The notes beneath the pieces were generated by a model. The model ran no database searches. It was not told where the DNA came from and saw only the letters and a program-made list of their open reading frames with translations. Source: an uncultured Candidatus Saccharibacteria bacterium (lineage in GTDB: Bacteria > Patescibacteriota > Dojkabacteria > SC72). From it: a stretch of 39,759 nucleotides of DNA. The first letter of the stretch is position 1; each line of letters starts with the position of its first letter. A program made the translations under genes and the position numbers. Shown here piece after piece: positions 24,262 to 33,324 of the stretch. The stretch covers positions 37,112-76,870 of the forward strand of contig CAZLAH010000001.1 of NCBI GenBank assembly GCA_964557565.1, given 5' to 3'.

Positions 24262-24299
24262 TAACGGCAGTAACAATTTTAAGATAATTGCTCACACAA

Positions 24300-24328
24300 A
24301 GTTTAATTTAATACAGATACAGTGTCAA
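24300..24328 (-). promoter_or_regulatory. sigma70-type promoter for the DUF11-like surface protein gene
   Basis: Read on the minus strand: TTGACA (24328-24323), 17-nt spacer, TAAACT (24305-24300). Lies just downstream of the holA stop. Confidence 0.4.
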
Positions 24329-24338
24329 CATATACTTT

Positions 24339-25274
24339 TTAAAGATATGGACATATTAGTGTTAGACCTAAATTCCCATTGATTTGACCTGTTTTAATTT
24401 GAAAATCTAAATTAGAAAGCTTTGTGTATATCATTTTTAATCTCTCTTCTTTGTATGTTTTAGATGTACCAATTAAACTTGGGACTAGAAATGGAGGGAC
24501 CTTTAGTAAAGAAGCTATATCTTTTGATGTGTGATTGTTTTCAATCAAGAACTTTGTAAGCGTAACTAAACGTATATTTCTAGCTAACATGGAAATTGTA
24601 TAGTTAGGATCAACTGTTTGTCTATTCAAGTTCTCAAGGATATCCATACTCTTTACCTTGTTACCTTGGTTAATTGCATCTATTAAGGCCCATATGTTCT
24701 CTTCCAAAGTATCTGTTATCAAGGCATTTACATCCTCTGTTTTTATGATCTTTTCTTTGTCATTTAAAAGGAATTTCTCTATCTCATTCAAACATCTTTC
24801 AGGATCATAGTTTGTTCTAGTAGCCATTATCTTCAATGCTTCTGGTTCAATTTTTAAATCAGCCTCTTTTAATCTCTCTCTTAACCATGGTACAAATGAT
24901 CGTTTGTTTAATTCTTGTATCTCTTCTAAGTTCTTTTTGAAAAGTTTGTAATATTTGGTATTAGATTTTACTTTTTGATCCTCCCAGAAAATTGCAGTAT
25001 CTGAAGAATTGGTATTATTTAATATTTCTGAAAGACTTTCGTATATGAGGTCTTTCTTTTTGTTTTTGTTTAATCTTTTAAATATGAATATTCTTTTGGG
25101 TGCAAAAAGATCTTGAGACGAGAGTAGGTCGATTATCTTACTTGGATCAATACTGTCTGCGTCATAGAAATTTACCTGAGTTGTTGACTCTTCATTCGCT
25201 ACTTCTTTGATATGTGCATGAAGCCTTTCCAATGAAAGGTATGCAGAGTTACCATGATATAGTTTGTATTCCAC
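24339..25274 (-). CDS. holA: DNA polymerase III delta subunit
   Basis: 311 aa with a GTG start. Has the HolA-like layout (LYHGNSAYL..., DLFAPKRIFIFKRL, LKIEPEALKIMATRTNYDPERCLNEIEKF, ENIWALIDAINQGN). Confidence 0.8.
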   Translation of the reverse strand: MEYKLYHGNSAYLSLERLHAHIKEVANEESTTQVNFYDADSIDPSKIIDLLSSQDLFAPKRIFIFKRLNKNKKKDLIYESLSEILNNTNSSDTAIFWEDQKVKSNTKYYKLFKKNLEEIQELNKRSFVPWLRERLKEADLKIEPEALKIMATRTNYDPERCLNEIEKFLLNDKEKIIKTEDVNALITDTLEENIWALIDAINQGNKVKSMDILENLNRQTVDPNYTISMLARNIRLVTLTKFLIENNHTSKDIASLLKVPPFLVPSLIGTSKTYKEERLKMIYTKLSNLDFQIKTGQINGNLGLTLICPYL

Positions 25275-25276
25275 TT

Positions 25277-26698
25277 TTACTCTTCTTCTGTTTCTAATTG
25301 AATCTCTTTACCTAGTAATATTGTAACACCTCCATTGCCTACTTTTGAAGTAATATATTCTGGTTTTGTCTTGGATTCAGTTTTTAAGTAGCTTGCTACT
25401 GTATCAATACTGTTTGGGAAATCTTCAGTATTTGAATATACTACTATGCCTTCTTTGTCCTTAAAGAGTGTTCCGTTAAAAGTAATGCTAATGTATGGAT
25501 ATTCCAGTTTCATATCTTTAATTGTTTCTTGAACAGCCTTGTATCCAAGACCGGTATCGTATACATAGAGGTTTGGTTTTTCTGAGTAAAGAGCAGGTTC
25601 TGCAATAATATTTTCAATATATTCTTGTATTCTTGTATATACACCGTAACCATCCTTTGGTCCTATGGCATATGGTTCTGTAGATTTAACTTCTATGAGT
25701 GAGTAGCCTCCACTTGTCGGATCTAAGACAAATGAATATACTGTTCCATTTTCTTCATCAAACTTTTTTGCTAGGTTCAATCCAGCCTCAATATCATCTA
25801 ATGTAAAATCTGAAACTTTAATATTCTTTGTTACAGAAGAAATGATATCCAATATTTTTCTTGGGTTTGTTAAAGTCTCGCTACTAAGGACCTTGTCTTT
25901 CAATGCAACAATTACTTTTTGTTGTCTTCTTGCTCTAGCATAGTCAGATCCTTCATTATTCTGTTGTGAATGTCGTGATCGTGCATATTCCAAAGCTGTT
26001 GTGCCATCCATTGTTTGAGGACCAGCCTTGAAGCTAATTGTTTTGTAAGATTTTCCAATGGGGTAGAGATAGTCAGTAAAACTATTCTCTACATTCACAT
26101 CTATTCCTCCAACAGCATCAACTATCTTTGTAAAGCCTTTTAGATCTACCATTCCATAGTATTGAATCTCCAAATCTGTTACTTTTTCAACTGTCTTTTT
26201 AAGTGCTATTAAACCACTTCCTTCCTCTTTGTCCTCGGCATTAGCATATACAGCATTTATTCTAGAAAACCATCCCGAGTCTTCTCCTATCTCAACATTG
26301 AAATCTCTAGGGATGGAAAGCATCAAGGCTTTGTTTGTTTCGTGATTGTAAGAGAGAAGGATAATTGTATCAGTGCTATGTTCTTCACCTGTCTCTCTAG
26401 TATCTATTCCAACGATTAGTGCATTCGTGAATTTACCAGAGGAGTCCTTTTTTAATTCAGGAGTTTCTTGGTTTAAAATGGAGTTAGAATCAAATTTAAA
26501 TCCTATTCCTTTTGAAAGTACATATCCTTTGTAGGCAAGGAAACCAATCCCACATACAACTAGAGCTATGGCACTGAAAAGAATGACCTTTTTAGTATTG
26601 ATCTTCTTTTTAGGCTTCTCTACAGCAGGTGATTTAGCAGGAATAATTTTTTCCATCTTAGATAAATTTTTATCTTTCATTTCCATTTGTATAGTCAT
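25277..26698 (-). CDS. LytR-CpsA-Psr (LCP) family cell-wall glycopolymer ligase with LytR_C-like C-terminal domain
   Basis: 473 aa with an N-terminal TM anchor. LCP core NALIVGIDTRE...HSTDTIILLSYNHETNKALMLSIPRD, ...TALEYARSRH. Confidence 0.9.
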   Translation of the reverse strand: MTIQMEMKDKNLSKMEKIIPAKSPAVEKPKKKINTKKVILFSAIALVVCGIGFLAYKGYVLSKGIGFKFDSNSILNQETPELKKDSSGKFTNALIVGIDTRETGEEHSTDTIILLSYNHETNKALMLSIPRDFNVEIGEDSGWFSRINAVYANAEDKEEGSGLIALKKTVEKVTDLEIQYYGMVDLKGFTKIVDAVGGIDVNVENSFTDYLYPIGKSYKTISFKAGPQTMDGTTALEYARSRHSQQNNEGSDYARARRQQKVIVALKDKVLSSETLTNPRKILDIISSVTKNIKVSDFTLDDIEAGLNLAKKFDEENGTVYSFVLDPTSGGYSLIEVKSTEPYAIGPKDGYGVYTRIQEYIENIIAEPALYSEKPNLYVYDTGLGYKAVQETIKDMKLEYPYISITFNGTLFKDKEGIVVYSNTEDFPNSIDTVASYLKTESKTKPEYITSKVGNGGVTILLGKEIQLETEEE

Positions 26699-26715
26699 TG
26701 GGCAGTAGTAAAAAA

Positions 26716-27729
26716 TTATCTAAGATATTGTTGAACGTTACGATTATGTTCATCTAATGTTTTACCATAGTGAGGAGTACCATTATTGTCATGAATATAG
26801 TAGTAGTAATCAGTTGTGGTTGGATTTTTTACTGCAGTTATTGATTCTAATCCAGGATTGCATATTGGTGTAGGTGGTAGTCCAATTTTTTTGTATGTAT
26901 TGTATGGATTGTCATCTTCTTTGTCTGTAATGGTTATTACATGTTTCCAATCTTTTACAGGGTAAAGTAGTGTAGCATCTGTTTGTAACAACCAGCCTTC
27001 GTTAAATCTCTTAATTATTATTCCTGCAATTATTGGCTTGTCAGAAGAGCTGTATCCCTCTCTTTCTACGATACTTGCAAAGACAATGTCTTGATATGTG
27101 TAATCATCACCGACTCTGCTTTTGAAATTGTTTACCATTTTTTCAATAACTGTTTCAGTTGTAGAATCTATTGGAAATGCATATTTATCGGGGAATAGAA
27201 ATCCTTCTAAATCAGATATACCATCTATCAATCCAAGCCCTTTAATATATTCACTATTTGTTGTTAAGCTAAGGAATTCACTCTTGGAGAATTGAGTATT
27301 ACTGTTTCGAGTAAGCTCTTCTTCAAGTGTCTCTGCTATTTCATCCTTTCTCAAACCTTCAGGAATAGTTACCCAAATATCTTGGTTCTTACCGTTTTGT
27401 AATGTCTGCATAAGTTCTATGATATTTAGATTCAAAGGTAATTCATATACTCCTGCTTGTAGCTTAGGTCCTAGATCATTAAGTTTTAAATATATCTTTG
27501 TGTAATATTTGTAATTCTCTTTTAAAACATCTTTCTCAATGAGATTGCTTAAGATACTATCGACACTCTCTCCTGATTGAATCTCGAAAAGAACCTTCTC
27601 TGTACTCTCACTGTTTGCTTTTTTTAATGTAGAGTCATAGTTAAGTTTCAAAAACACACAAGATACAATTACGAAGAGTAGTAGCAGTAGAAAAATTTTA
27701 CTAAGGTTTTTGGGCTTTTTGCTATCCAC
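26716..27729 (-). CDS. mltG: endolytic murein transglycosylase MltG (YceG-like)
   Basis: 337 aa with a GTG start and an N-terminal TM helix. YceG signatures ASIVEREG, LQTDATLLY, YNTYKKIGLPPTPICNPG. Confidence 0.9.
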   Translation of the reverse strand: MDSKKPKNLSKIFLLLLLFVIVSCVFLKLNYDSTLKKANSESTEKVLFEIQSGESVDSILSNLIEKDVLKENYKYYTKIYLKLNDLGPKLQAGVYELPLNLNIIELMQTLQNGKNQDIWVTIPEGLRKDEIAETLEEELTRNSNTQFSKSEFLSLTTNSEYIKGLGLIDGISDLEGFLFPDKYAFPIDSTTETVIEKMVNNFKSRVGDDYTYQDIVFASIVEREGYSSSDKPIIAGIIIKRFNEGWLLQTDATLLYPVKDWKHVITITDKEDDNPYNTYKKIGLPPTPICNPGLESITAVKNPTTTDYYYYIHDNNGTPHYGKTLDEHNRNVQQYLR

Positions 27730-28162
27730 TATTTTTTTGTTTTGAATTTAAGAATTCTTGTAGGAATACAGTAGCAGCTATGCTGTCTATCTTGCCTCTT
27801 GTTTTCTTAATAGACTGACCTGAAGATGTTAGCATATTCTGTGCTGAAATTGTAGAAAAGCTCTCATCGTGTGTAATGATGGGAATATCTGTTCTACCCT
27901 TTATTTGCTCTATGAATTTTTGTATTTTTTGTTCTGTTTTTGTGTGAGATTCCTTAAACTTTTGTGGCATACCTATGAGTATTGTTTTTATTCTGTACTC
28001 TGTGCATATTTCCAGAATCTCCTCTATTACAGTATTGATATCTCTGTTTTTAGTTATGGATATGACATCAAGAGGAGAAGCTATCTTTCCATTGAAATCA
28101 CTGTATGCAATTCCAAAGTGTTTGTCTCCGTAATCTATTGCTAGTATTGGGTAGTTAGTCAT
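27722..28162 (-). CDS. ruvX: YqgF/RuvX-type putative pre-16S rRNA nuclease / Holliday junction resolvase-like
   Basis: 146 aa. ILAIDYGDKHFGIAYSD, IGMPQ, HDESFST. Overlaps the mltG start by 8 nt. Confidence 0.9.
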   Translation of the reverse strand: MTNYPILAIDYGDKHFGIAYSDFNGKIASPLDVISITKNRDINTVIEEILEICTEYRIKTILIGMPQKFKESHTKTEQKIQKFIEQIKGRTDIPIITHDESFSTISAQNMLTSSGQSIKKTRGKIDSIAATVFLQEFLNSKQKNSG

Positions 28163-28164
28163 AG

Positions 28165-29910
28165 TTATTGTAATATTGCTTTGATCCTTTTAATTCCAGC
28201 TCCAATATTTTCCTGTTTTGCTATCTTGAATGTACCAAGTTCTTTTGTGTTAGTTACATGAGGTCCATTGCAGATCTCTATTGAGTATGGGTTTGTTTTT
28301 TCTCCAATGTAGTAAACTTTCACAATATCACCATATTTTTCTGTAAATGCTGCAAATGGTACTAGCTTTAGAGCTTCTTCTTTACTTACTTCTTCGAATG
28401 ATACTGATAATTCCTTTTGTATTTGTTCGTTTACAATATCTTCAATCTTTTGTATTTGTTGTTCAGTAAGTTTTTCTTCATTTGGAAAATCAAATCTAAG
28501 TCTTTCAGGAGTAATGTTGCTTCCTTTTTGATATACGTGTTCTCCTAGTACTTCTCTTAGGGCTTTAAGTAGGAGGTGTGTAGTAGTGTGATATTTTGTA
28601 GACATATCAGAAGTATCTGCTAGTCCTCCTTTGAACATACCTGCAGAGGATGTTCTAGAGAGTTCTTGGTGTTGTTTTTGTGCTTCTTGGAATTCATTTA
28701 GAAGGTTTTCTTCGTTAAATTCTATGTTTCTATTTTGTAATTCCTCTATGGTAAGTTCTATTGGAAATCCATATGTTTCGTAAAGCTTAAATGCTTTCTT
28801 TGGTAAATCTTCTCCATCTTTAATTATTCTATCTAATTCTTTTAATCCATTTTCCAATGTTTTACTGAATTTTTTCTCTTCGTCCTCAAGTATATTAAGA
28901 ATTCTTTCCTTGTCTGTTTCTAATTTATTCCATACAGGTGAGAATTGCTGTATAGCTATATCTCCAATCTTTCTAGTAAACAAGCCATCTATTCCTAATT
29001 TCCTTCCATGCCTAATAGCTCTTCTGATTATTCTCCTTAATATATATCCCTGTTGATTTCTACTAGGTACAACACCATCCATGATGATCCATGTAGCTGC
29101 TTTAATATGGTCTGTAATGATTCTTTGGGATTCTAAGATATGATTCTTGCTTAATGATTTAACTAAATCAAAGATAGGTTTACAGATATCAGATTCATAG
29201 AAATTATCAATACCCTGGCTTACACAGGTAATTCTTTCTAATCCTCCTCCAAAATCTACATTGTGTCTCCCTAAATCTTTGTATTCATTTCCAACCTTAA
29301 GATATTCCATGAAAACATTGTTTCCTATCTCTACTAATTCACCATTAATTTCATAGAATATTTCTGAATCTGGTCCACACGGTCCACCAGTAGAAAGCTC
29401 CCACCAGTTATCTTCTTTCCCTTTTTCTAATATCTTCTCTCCAACCTTTGCATCTATTCCATACTCTTTGAAAATATTTTTCCATATCTCTATTGATTCT
29501 GTATCCTTCGGAGAGGTTTCATCTCCCATGAATACGGTTGCATATATTTTATTAATATCAAAACCTAATTCCTCAACGAAGAATTTTACTGTGAGTGCAA
29601 TTGCTTCTTTCTTGAAGTAGTCATTCAGAGACCAATTACCTAACATTTCAAATGCAGTATAGTGGTATGCATCGCCAACTTCATCAATGTCTCCAGTTCT
29701 TATACATCTTTGTGAATTTACTAGCCTTGTTCCATTTGGATGTTTCTCTCCCTGTAAGAAAGGTACTAAAGGAAACATACCTGCATTTACAAAGAGAACA
29801 GAAGGATCATTTTCTGGAACTAAAGGAGCACTAGGTATCTCTTCATGATTATTTTTCTTGAAGAAATCGATATATTTATTTCTAATATCAATGTATGAAA
29901 GATTTTTCAT
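28165..29910 (-). CDS. alaS: alanine--tRNA ligase, short form (no C-Ala domain)
   Basis: 581 aa. FFKKNNHEEIPSAPLVPENDPSVLFVNAGMFPLVPF, QRCIRTGDIDEVG, GNWSLNDYFK. Editing-core motifs HTTTHLL (HxxxH) and CNGPHV (CxxxH). Ends right after the editing core. Confidence 0.95.
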   Translation of the reverse strand: MKNLSYIDIRNKYIDFFKKNNHEEIPSAPLVPENDPSVLFVNAGMFPLVPFLQGEKHPNGTRLVNSQRCIRTGDIDEVGDAYHYTAFEMLGNWSLNDYFKKEAIALTVKFFVEELGFDINKIYATVFMGDETSPKDTESIEIWKNIFKEYGIDAKVGEKILEKGKEDNWWELSTGGPCGPDSEIFYEINGELVEIGNNVFMEYLKVGNEYKDLGRHNVDFGGGLERITCVSQGIDNFYESDICKPIFDLVKSLSKNHILESQRIITDHIKAATWIIMDGVVPSRNQQGYILRRIIRRAIRHGRKLGIDGLFTRKIGDIAIQQFSPVWNKLETDKERILNILEDEEKKFSKTLENGLKELDRIIKDGEDLPKKAFKLYETYGFPIELTIEELQNRNIEFNEENLLNEFQEAQKQHQELSRTSSAGMFKGGLADTSDMSTKYHTTTHLLLKALREVLGEHVYQKGSNITPERLRFDFPNEEKLTEQQIQKIEDIVNEQIQKELSVSFEEVSKEEALKLVPFAAFTEKYGDIVKVYYIGEKTNPYSIEICNGPHVTNTKELGTFKIAKQENIGAGIKRIKAILQ

Positions 29911-29916
29911 TCCGAG

Positions 29917-29925
29917 ATTATATCA
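29917..29925 (-). promoter_or_regulatory. extended -10 element (TGaTATAAT) 6 nt upstream of the alaS ATG; candidate leaderless promoter
   Basis: The minus strand reads aaatTGaTATAATctcggaATG. The -10 hexamer ends 6 nt before the start codon and there is no SD. Confidence 0.4.
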
Positions 29926-29929
29926 ATTT

Positions 29930-31966
29930 CTATCTTACTGTGCTATTTGTATCTTGATCCTGAGTCTGTTGAACTATTTGATCATTTATATTTTGTAACT
30001 GTTCAAAGGATGGTATCTCAGGTTCTGGTATTACAGGTTCTACTTGAACAGGAGGCATTGGTTGTTCTGCTGGAGCAACTTCTTGGACAAGAGGAGTAGG
30101 AGGTATCTCCGTTACAACTGCAGGAGCAGGAGGTGCTTCAGTTACAACTTCAGGAACACTCTCCGGCACAACCTCTTCTACTACTGGAGTTGGAGCTGAG
30201 AATGAATTCCAAACATCCTCGACAGGAGTCTCTTCTACAGGAGTATTTTCAACCATCTCCTTTATCTCAGGTACCTCCATTGGTTCGATATATGTATTTT
30301 CTTCTGAAGGTATTGATGGTGGTAATTTACTATTTGAATATACATCATCTCCTGTCTTCTTTTTGTCATCCTTCCATATGGATGCAATTACAAAAGGAGC
30401 TACAAGTGCAATAGCAACAATTAGTATACCAATGCCAATGATGATCAATGTTCTCTTTGCAATATCATATCCAAATACATTGATATATTCTGAATCATCC
30501 TTTTCTTCTCCAGTTACAGTAAAGTCCCATCCTTTTGTTATCTCCTTTTCATTCGTATCCTTGAAGTAGATCTCAGCTTTGTGTAATCCAGTACTCAGAT
30601 CTTCCTGAGGTTGATATATTAGGGTGAATTCACTTTCGGATATTCTGTTTATCTTAACATTCTCAGAAACATCTATACCGTCTACCTTAAATGAAATACT
30701 CTCTTCTTCAATCTTTGCTTGATCACTAGCTATTGCTGTTGCCTTTATGGTTATCCTTCTGTTTGTAATCTCATCCGTAGAAGAAGGAGACATATTTGTT
30801 ACCTGTGCAGTTGCCATTACAACTGAGTCATCATTCTCATCTTCTGTATCTGTTGTTCTAGATATTACTATCTCTTCAGAAGATATCGCTGTGCCTATAC
30901 CTGCAGGTGTTCTGTTGTCTACAGCTTTGGCAATTACTTTGTATGTCCCAGAGGAAAGAGATGATGTCGGAACAGTATATGATGTCTTGTCATATGCTAT
31001 GTTGTTGTCTACAGTTATCCAAGAGCTTTCATCTGTAGGATTCTTCGCCATGAAGAGTTGGTACTTAGAGATATGGTTCAAGTCAGAAGCTTCCCAAGAA
31101 GTCTTGAAACTATCCCCAGCATTTAATCTTAAACTCTCTAATGGATCTATGATCTTTATGACTGGTATATCATTCTCAGCAGGACTCACACTTATGACCC
31201 ATGATTGAGAACGAAGATGTGTGCTGTATCCATCATGGATGAATATATTGGCAAGGTAGCTAGAAGCTTTTTCTGAAGTACCCTTAAATCGAATAGTTAG
31301 TTTACCGTTAGAGCCATCCTCTACAATTGTTGGTTTTAACCAATCAGCTCTAGGAGTGAATGAGTAAAAGTAATTGATCCTATCCCCATCCTTGTCTTCT
31401 GCTGTTAATGTATATTCATATATGGTTCCTGTTTTAATGTCTTGTGATGGTTTAGAGGATGATGCTTTGGATGTAAATTCAGGGGAGAGATTATTTGAAA
31501 TTGCTCTTAATCCTTTTATATCATATGGACTACTGATTTTACATGCTACACTTCCACCTTCTCCTTTCTTAATTAATCCTAGAAGATCTACAGTACCTGA
31601 TTTTGTTGGTGTATAGCTAAAAGAGGTTCCTATTTCTAATGGATAATTCTCATATGTTTCTTGGTGTATGGAATTACCAGAAGAATCTGTAATTTCAAGA
31701 CCTGCAATCCCTGAGCCATCTAATTTTGCATCTACCTGTATGGTTACAGTTTTACCAACTTCCAATGTATATGGATTTACATGAGGTAGAGAAATTATAC
31801 ATGGATTTTCATCGCTTAATTCCAAATCATCAAAAGCTCTGTTTCTTGTATCAAAACTGTCTTGAAGTAAACCAAAAACAACTAGTGGTAAAGAAAGGAG
31901 GATAAAGAAAGATATGTTTATGATTGCTTTCTGTTCATGTTTTCTTGGGGCATTTACTCTTGGCAT
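29930..31966 (-). CDS. large type-I-like membrane surface protein with several Ig-like domains, C-proximal TM helix and Pro/Glu/Val-rich tail
   Basis: 678 aa. N-terminal hydrophobic anchor or signal IINISFFILLSLPLVVFGLL. He_PIG/cadherin-like segment TGTIYEYTLTAEDKDGDRINYFYSF. TM helix TLIIIGIGILIVAIALVAPFVIASI followed by WKDDKKK, then a 148-aa P/E/V-rich tail. Confidence 0.8.
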   Translation of the reverse strand: MPRVNAPRKHEQKAIINISFFILLSLPLVVFGLLQDSFDTRNRAFDDLELSDENPCIISLPHVNPYTLEVGKTVTIQVDAKLDGSGIAGLEITDSSGNSIHQETYENYPLEIGTSFSYTPTKSGTVDLLGLIKKGEGGSVACKISSPYDIKGLRAISNNLSPEFTSKASSSKPSQDIKTGTIYEYTLTAEDKDGDRINYFYSFTPRADWLKPTIVEDGSNGKLTIRFKGTSEKASSYLANIFIHDGYSTHLRSQSWVISVSPAENDIPVIKIIDPLESLRLNAGDSFKTSWEASDLNHISKYQLFMAKNPTDESSWITVDNNIAYDKTSYTVPTSSLSSGTYKVIAKAVDNRTPAGIGTAISSEEIVISRTTDTEDENDDSVVMATAQVTNMSPSSTDEITNRRITIKATAIASDQAKIEEESISFKVDGIDVSENVKINRISESEFTLIYQPQEDLSTGLHKAEIYFKDTNEKEITKGWDFTVTGEEKDDSEYINVFGYDIAKRTLIIIGIGILIVAIALVAPFVIASIWKDDKKKTGDDVYSNSKLPPSIPSEENTYIEPMEVPEIKEMVENTPVEETPVEDVWNSFSAPTPVVEEVVPESVPEVVTEAPPAPAVVTEIPPTPLVQEVAPAEQPMPPVQVEPVIPEPEIPSFEQLQNINDQIVQQTQDQDTNSTVR

Positions 31967-31981
31967 TGTATATAATAATGG

Positions 31982-33307
31982 TTATTGGTTAGTAACTGCA
32001 AGTTTTTCATTTATTGCTGTTTCTGCTTTTCTCAAAGCTTCATTAATATCCATTCCACTCTCAAGTATATTTGTAACCACTTCATTTAATGTAGATTTTA
32101 CAAATGACTCGTCCCCCATTTGCCATGACCTCATTTCTGGGGCCATCTCAGCTATAGCAGATACATATGCTTTGTCTACCATACTACTATTTAATTCTAC
32201 TAATGAGTAAGGCTCCCCAAATGCTCGTATTTGTGATGAATTAGAATACAGATTCATTTGTTGCTCCTTCTCAGAAAGGAATTTGATGAATTTCCAAGCC
32301 AAAGTTGGATTACTACATGTTTTACTCACAGAATCTCCCCAGTAAGTAGAGTAGTAAACTGTTTCTGTGTTAGCTTTTAATTGTGGTAATGGTGCAGTAT
32401 CAAATTCGATGGTTGGTGATGCCTCGATTACATCAAACACTCTCCAACTTGGTCCGATCATCATTGCTAATTTCCCAGAGAAAAACATTTCCAAATCAGT
32501 TGGGAGTGTAGAAGACCAAATTGCGGTGTCGCCTTGAGCTAGGTTAGTATATGTTTGGAAAACCTTAACACCTTTTAGGGTATTTAAAGATACTTTTGTT
32601 TTACTATCATCTATTATATCCATACCTTCTTGTAAAAGAAGAAAAGAAAGTATTTCTGCAGAATGCTTAATATTCTTGGATGTACCCATCGCCAAACCAG
32701 CCTGAGTTATCTTGCCAGCAGAATCTCTCTTTGTTAGATTTTGTGCCAACTCAAAAAATGAGTCCCAATCTTGTGGGGGTTCTTCTACTCCTTCTTCTGC
32801 TAGTATCTCTTTGTTGTAAAGTACCATCAAGCCATCTATCTCCCAAGGAATTGCATATATATTTCCATCTTTACTTGTAAAATCTTCAACAGCAGTAGGA
32901 TAGAAGAGATTGGAGTAATCACTTGCACTCATAACTGTACTTGGTAAAGGAGAAAGATATTTGTAATACTTCGGTACCCATGTGTTGTGTATTCTGAATA
33001 TGTCAGGAGCAGGTTCTGATGTGTTTGTAGATTGCTCTAGTCTTGTAAAAATTCTTGATTCATAGTTTGAGAAGGTCTGTTGGGAATATTGAATGTCTAC
33101 TCCAGGGTTTTGTGACTCAAATTCGTCAATTAATGGTTGCATGACTGAAGCGGGTTCCCATAATCCCCAGTATACAAGAGTTGTTGATTCAACCTTACTT
33201 TTTTCTCTGTTTTTCTCTACAAGAAGGAAAATAGCAGTTGCTACCAGTATCAGAAAAAGAGCAATACCTCCGAAGAGTAATATTTTTTTTGTTTTGTCGG
33301 AAATCAT
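31982..33307 (-). CDS. ABC-transporter extracellular solute-binding protein (family 1, sugar-type), TM-anchored
   Basis: 441 aa with N-terminal TM anchor ILLFGGIALFLILVATAIFLL. SBP_bac_1-like pattern (LVYWGLWEP..., PDIFRIHNTWVPKY, AIPWEIDGLMVLYNKE). Confidence 0.85.
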   Translation of the reverse strand: MISDKTKKILLFGGIALFLILVATAIFLLVEKNREKSKVESTTLVYWGLWEPASVMQPLIDEFESQNPGVDIQYSQQTFSNYESRIFTRLEQSTNTSEPAPDIFRIHNTWVPKYYKYLSPLPSTVMSASDYSNLFYPTAVEDFTSKDGNIYAIPWEIDGLMVLYNKEILAEEGVEEPPQDWDSFFELAQNLTKRDSAGKITQAGLAMGTSKNIKHSAEILSFLLLQEGMDIIDDSKTKVSLNTLKGVKVFQTYTNLAQGDTAIWSSTLPTDLEMFFSGKLAMMIGPSWRVFDVIEASPTIEFDTAPLPQLKANTETVYYSTYWGDSVSKTCSNPTLAWKFIKFLSEKEQQMNLYSNSSQIRAFGEPYSLVELNSSMVDKAYVSAIAEMAPEMRSWQMGDESFVKSTLNEVVTNILESGMDINEALRKAETAINEKLAVTNQ

Positions 33308-33324
33308 ATTGTATATCTAAAAAA

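Noticed and set aside
30133-31616. Plus-strand ORFs (68-153 aa) antisense to the 678-aa surface protein gene
   Set aside because: These are shadow ORFs within a long, coherent minus-strand CDS with domain structure.
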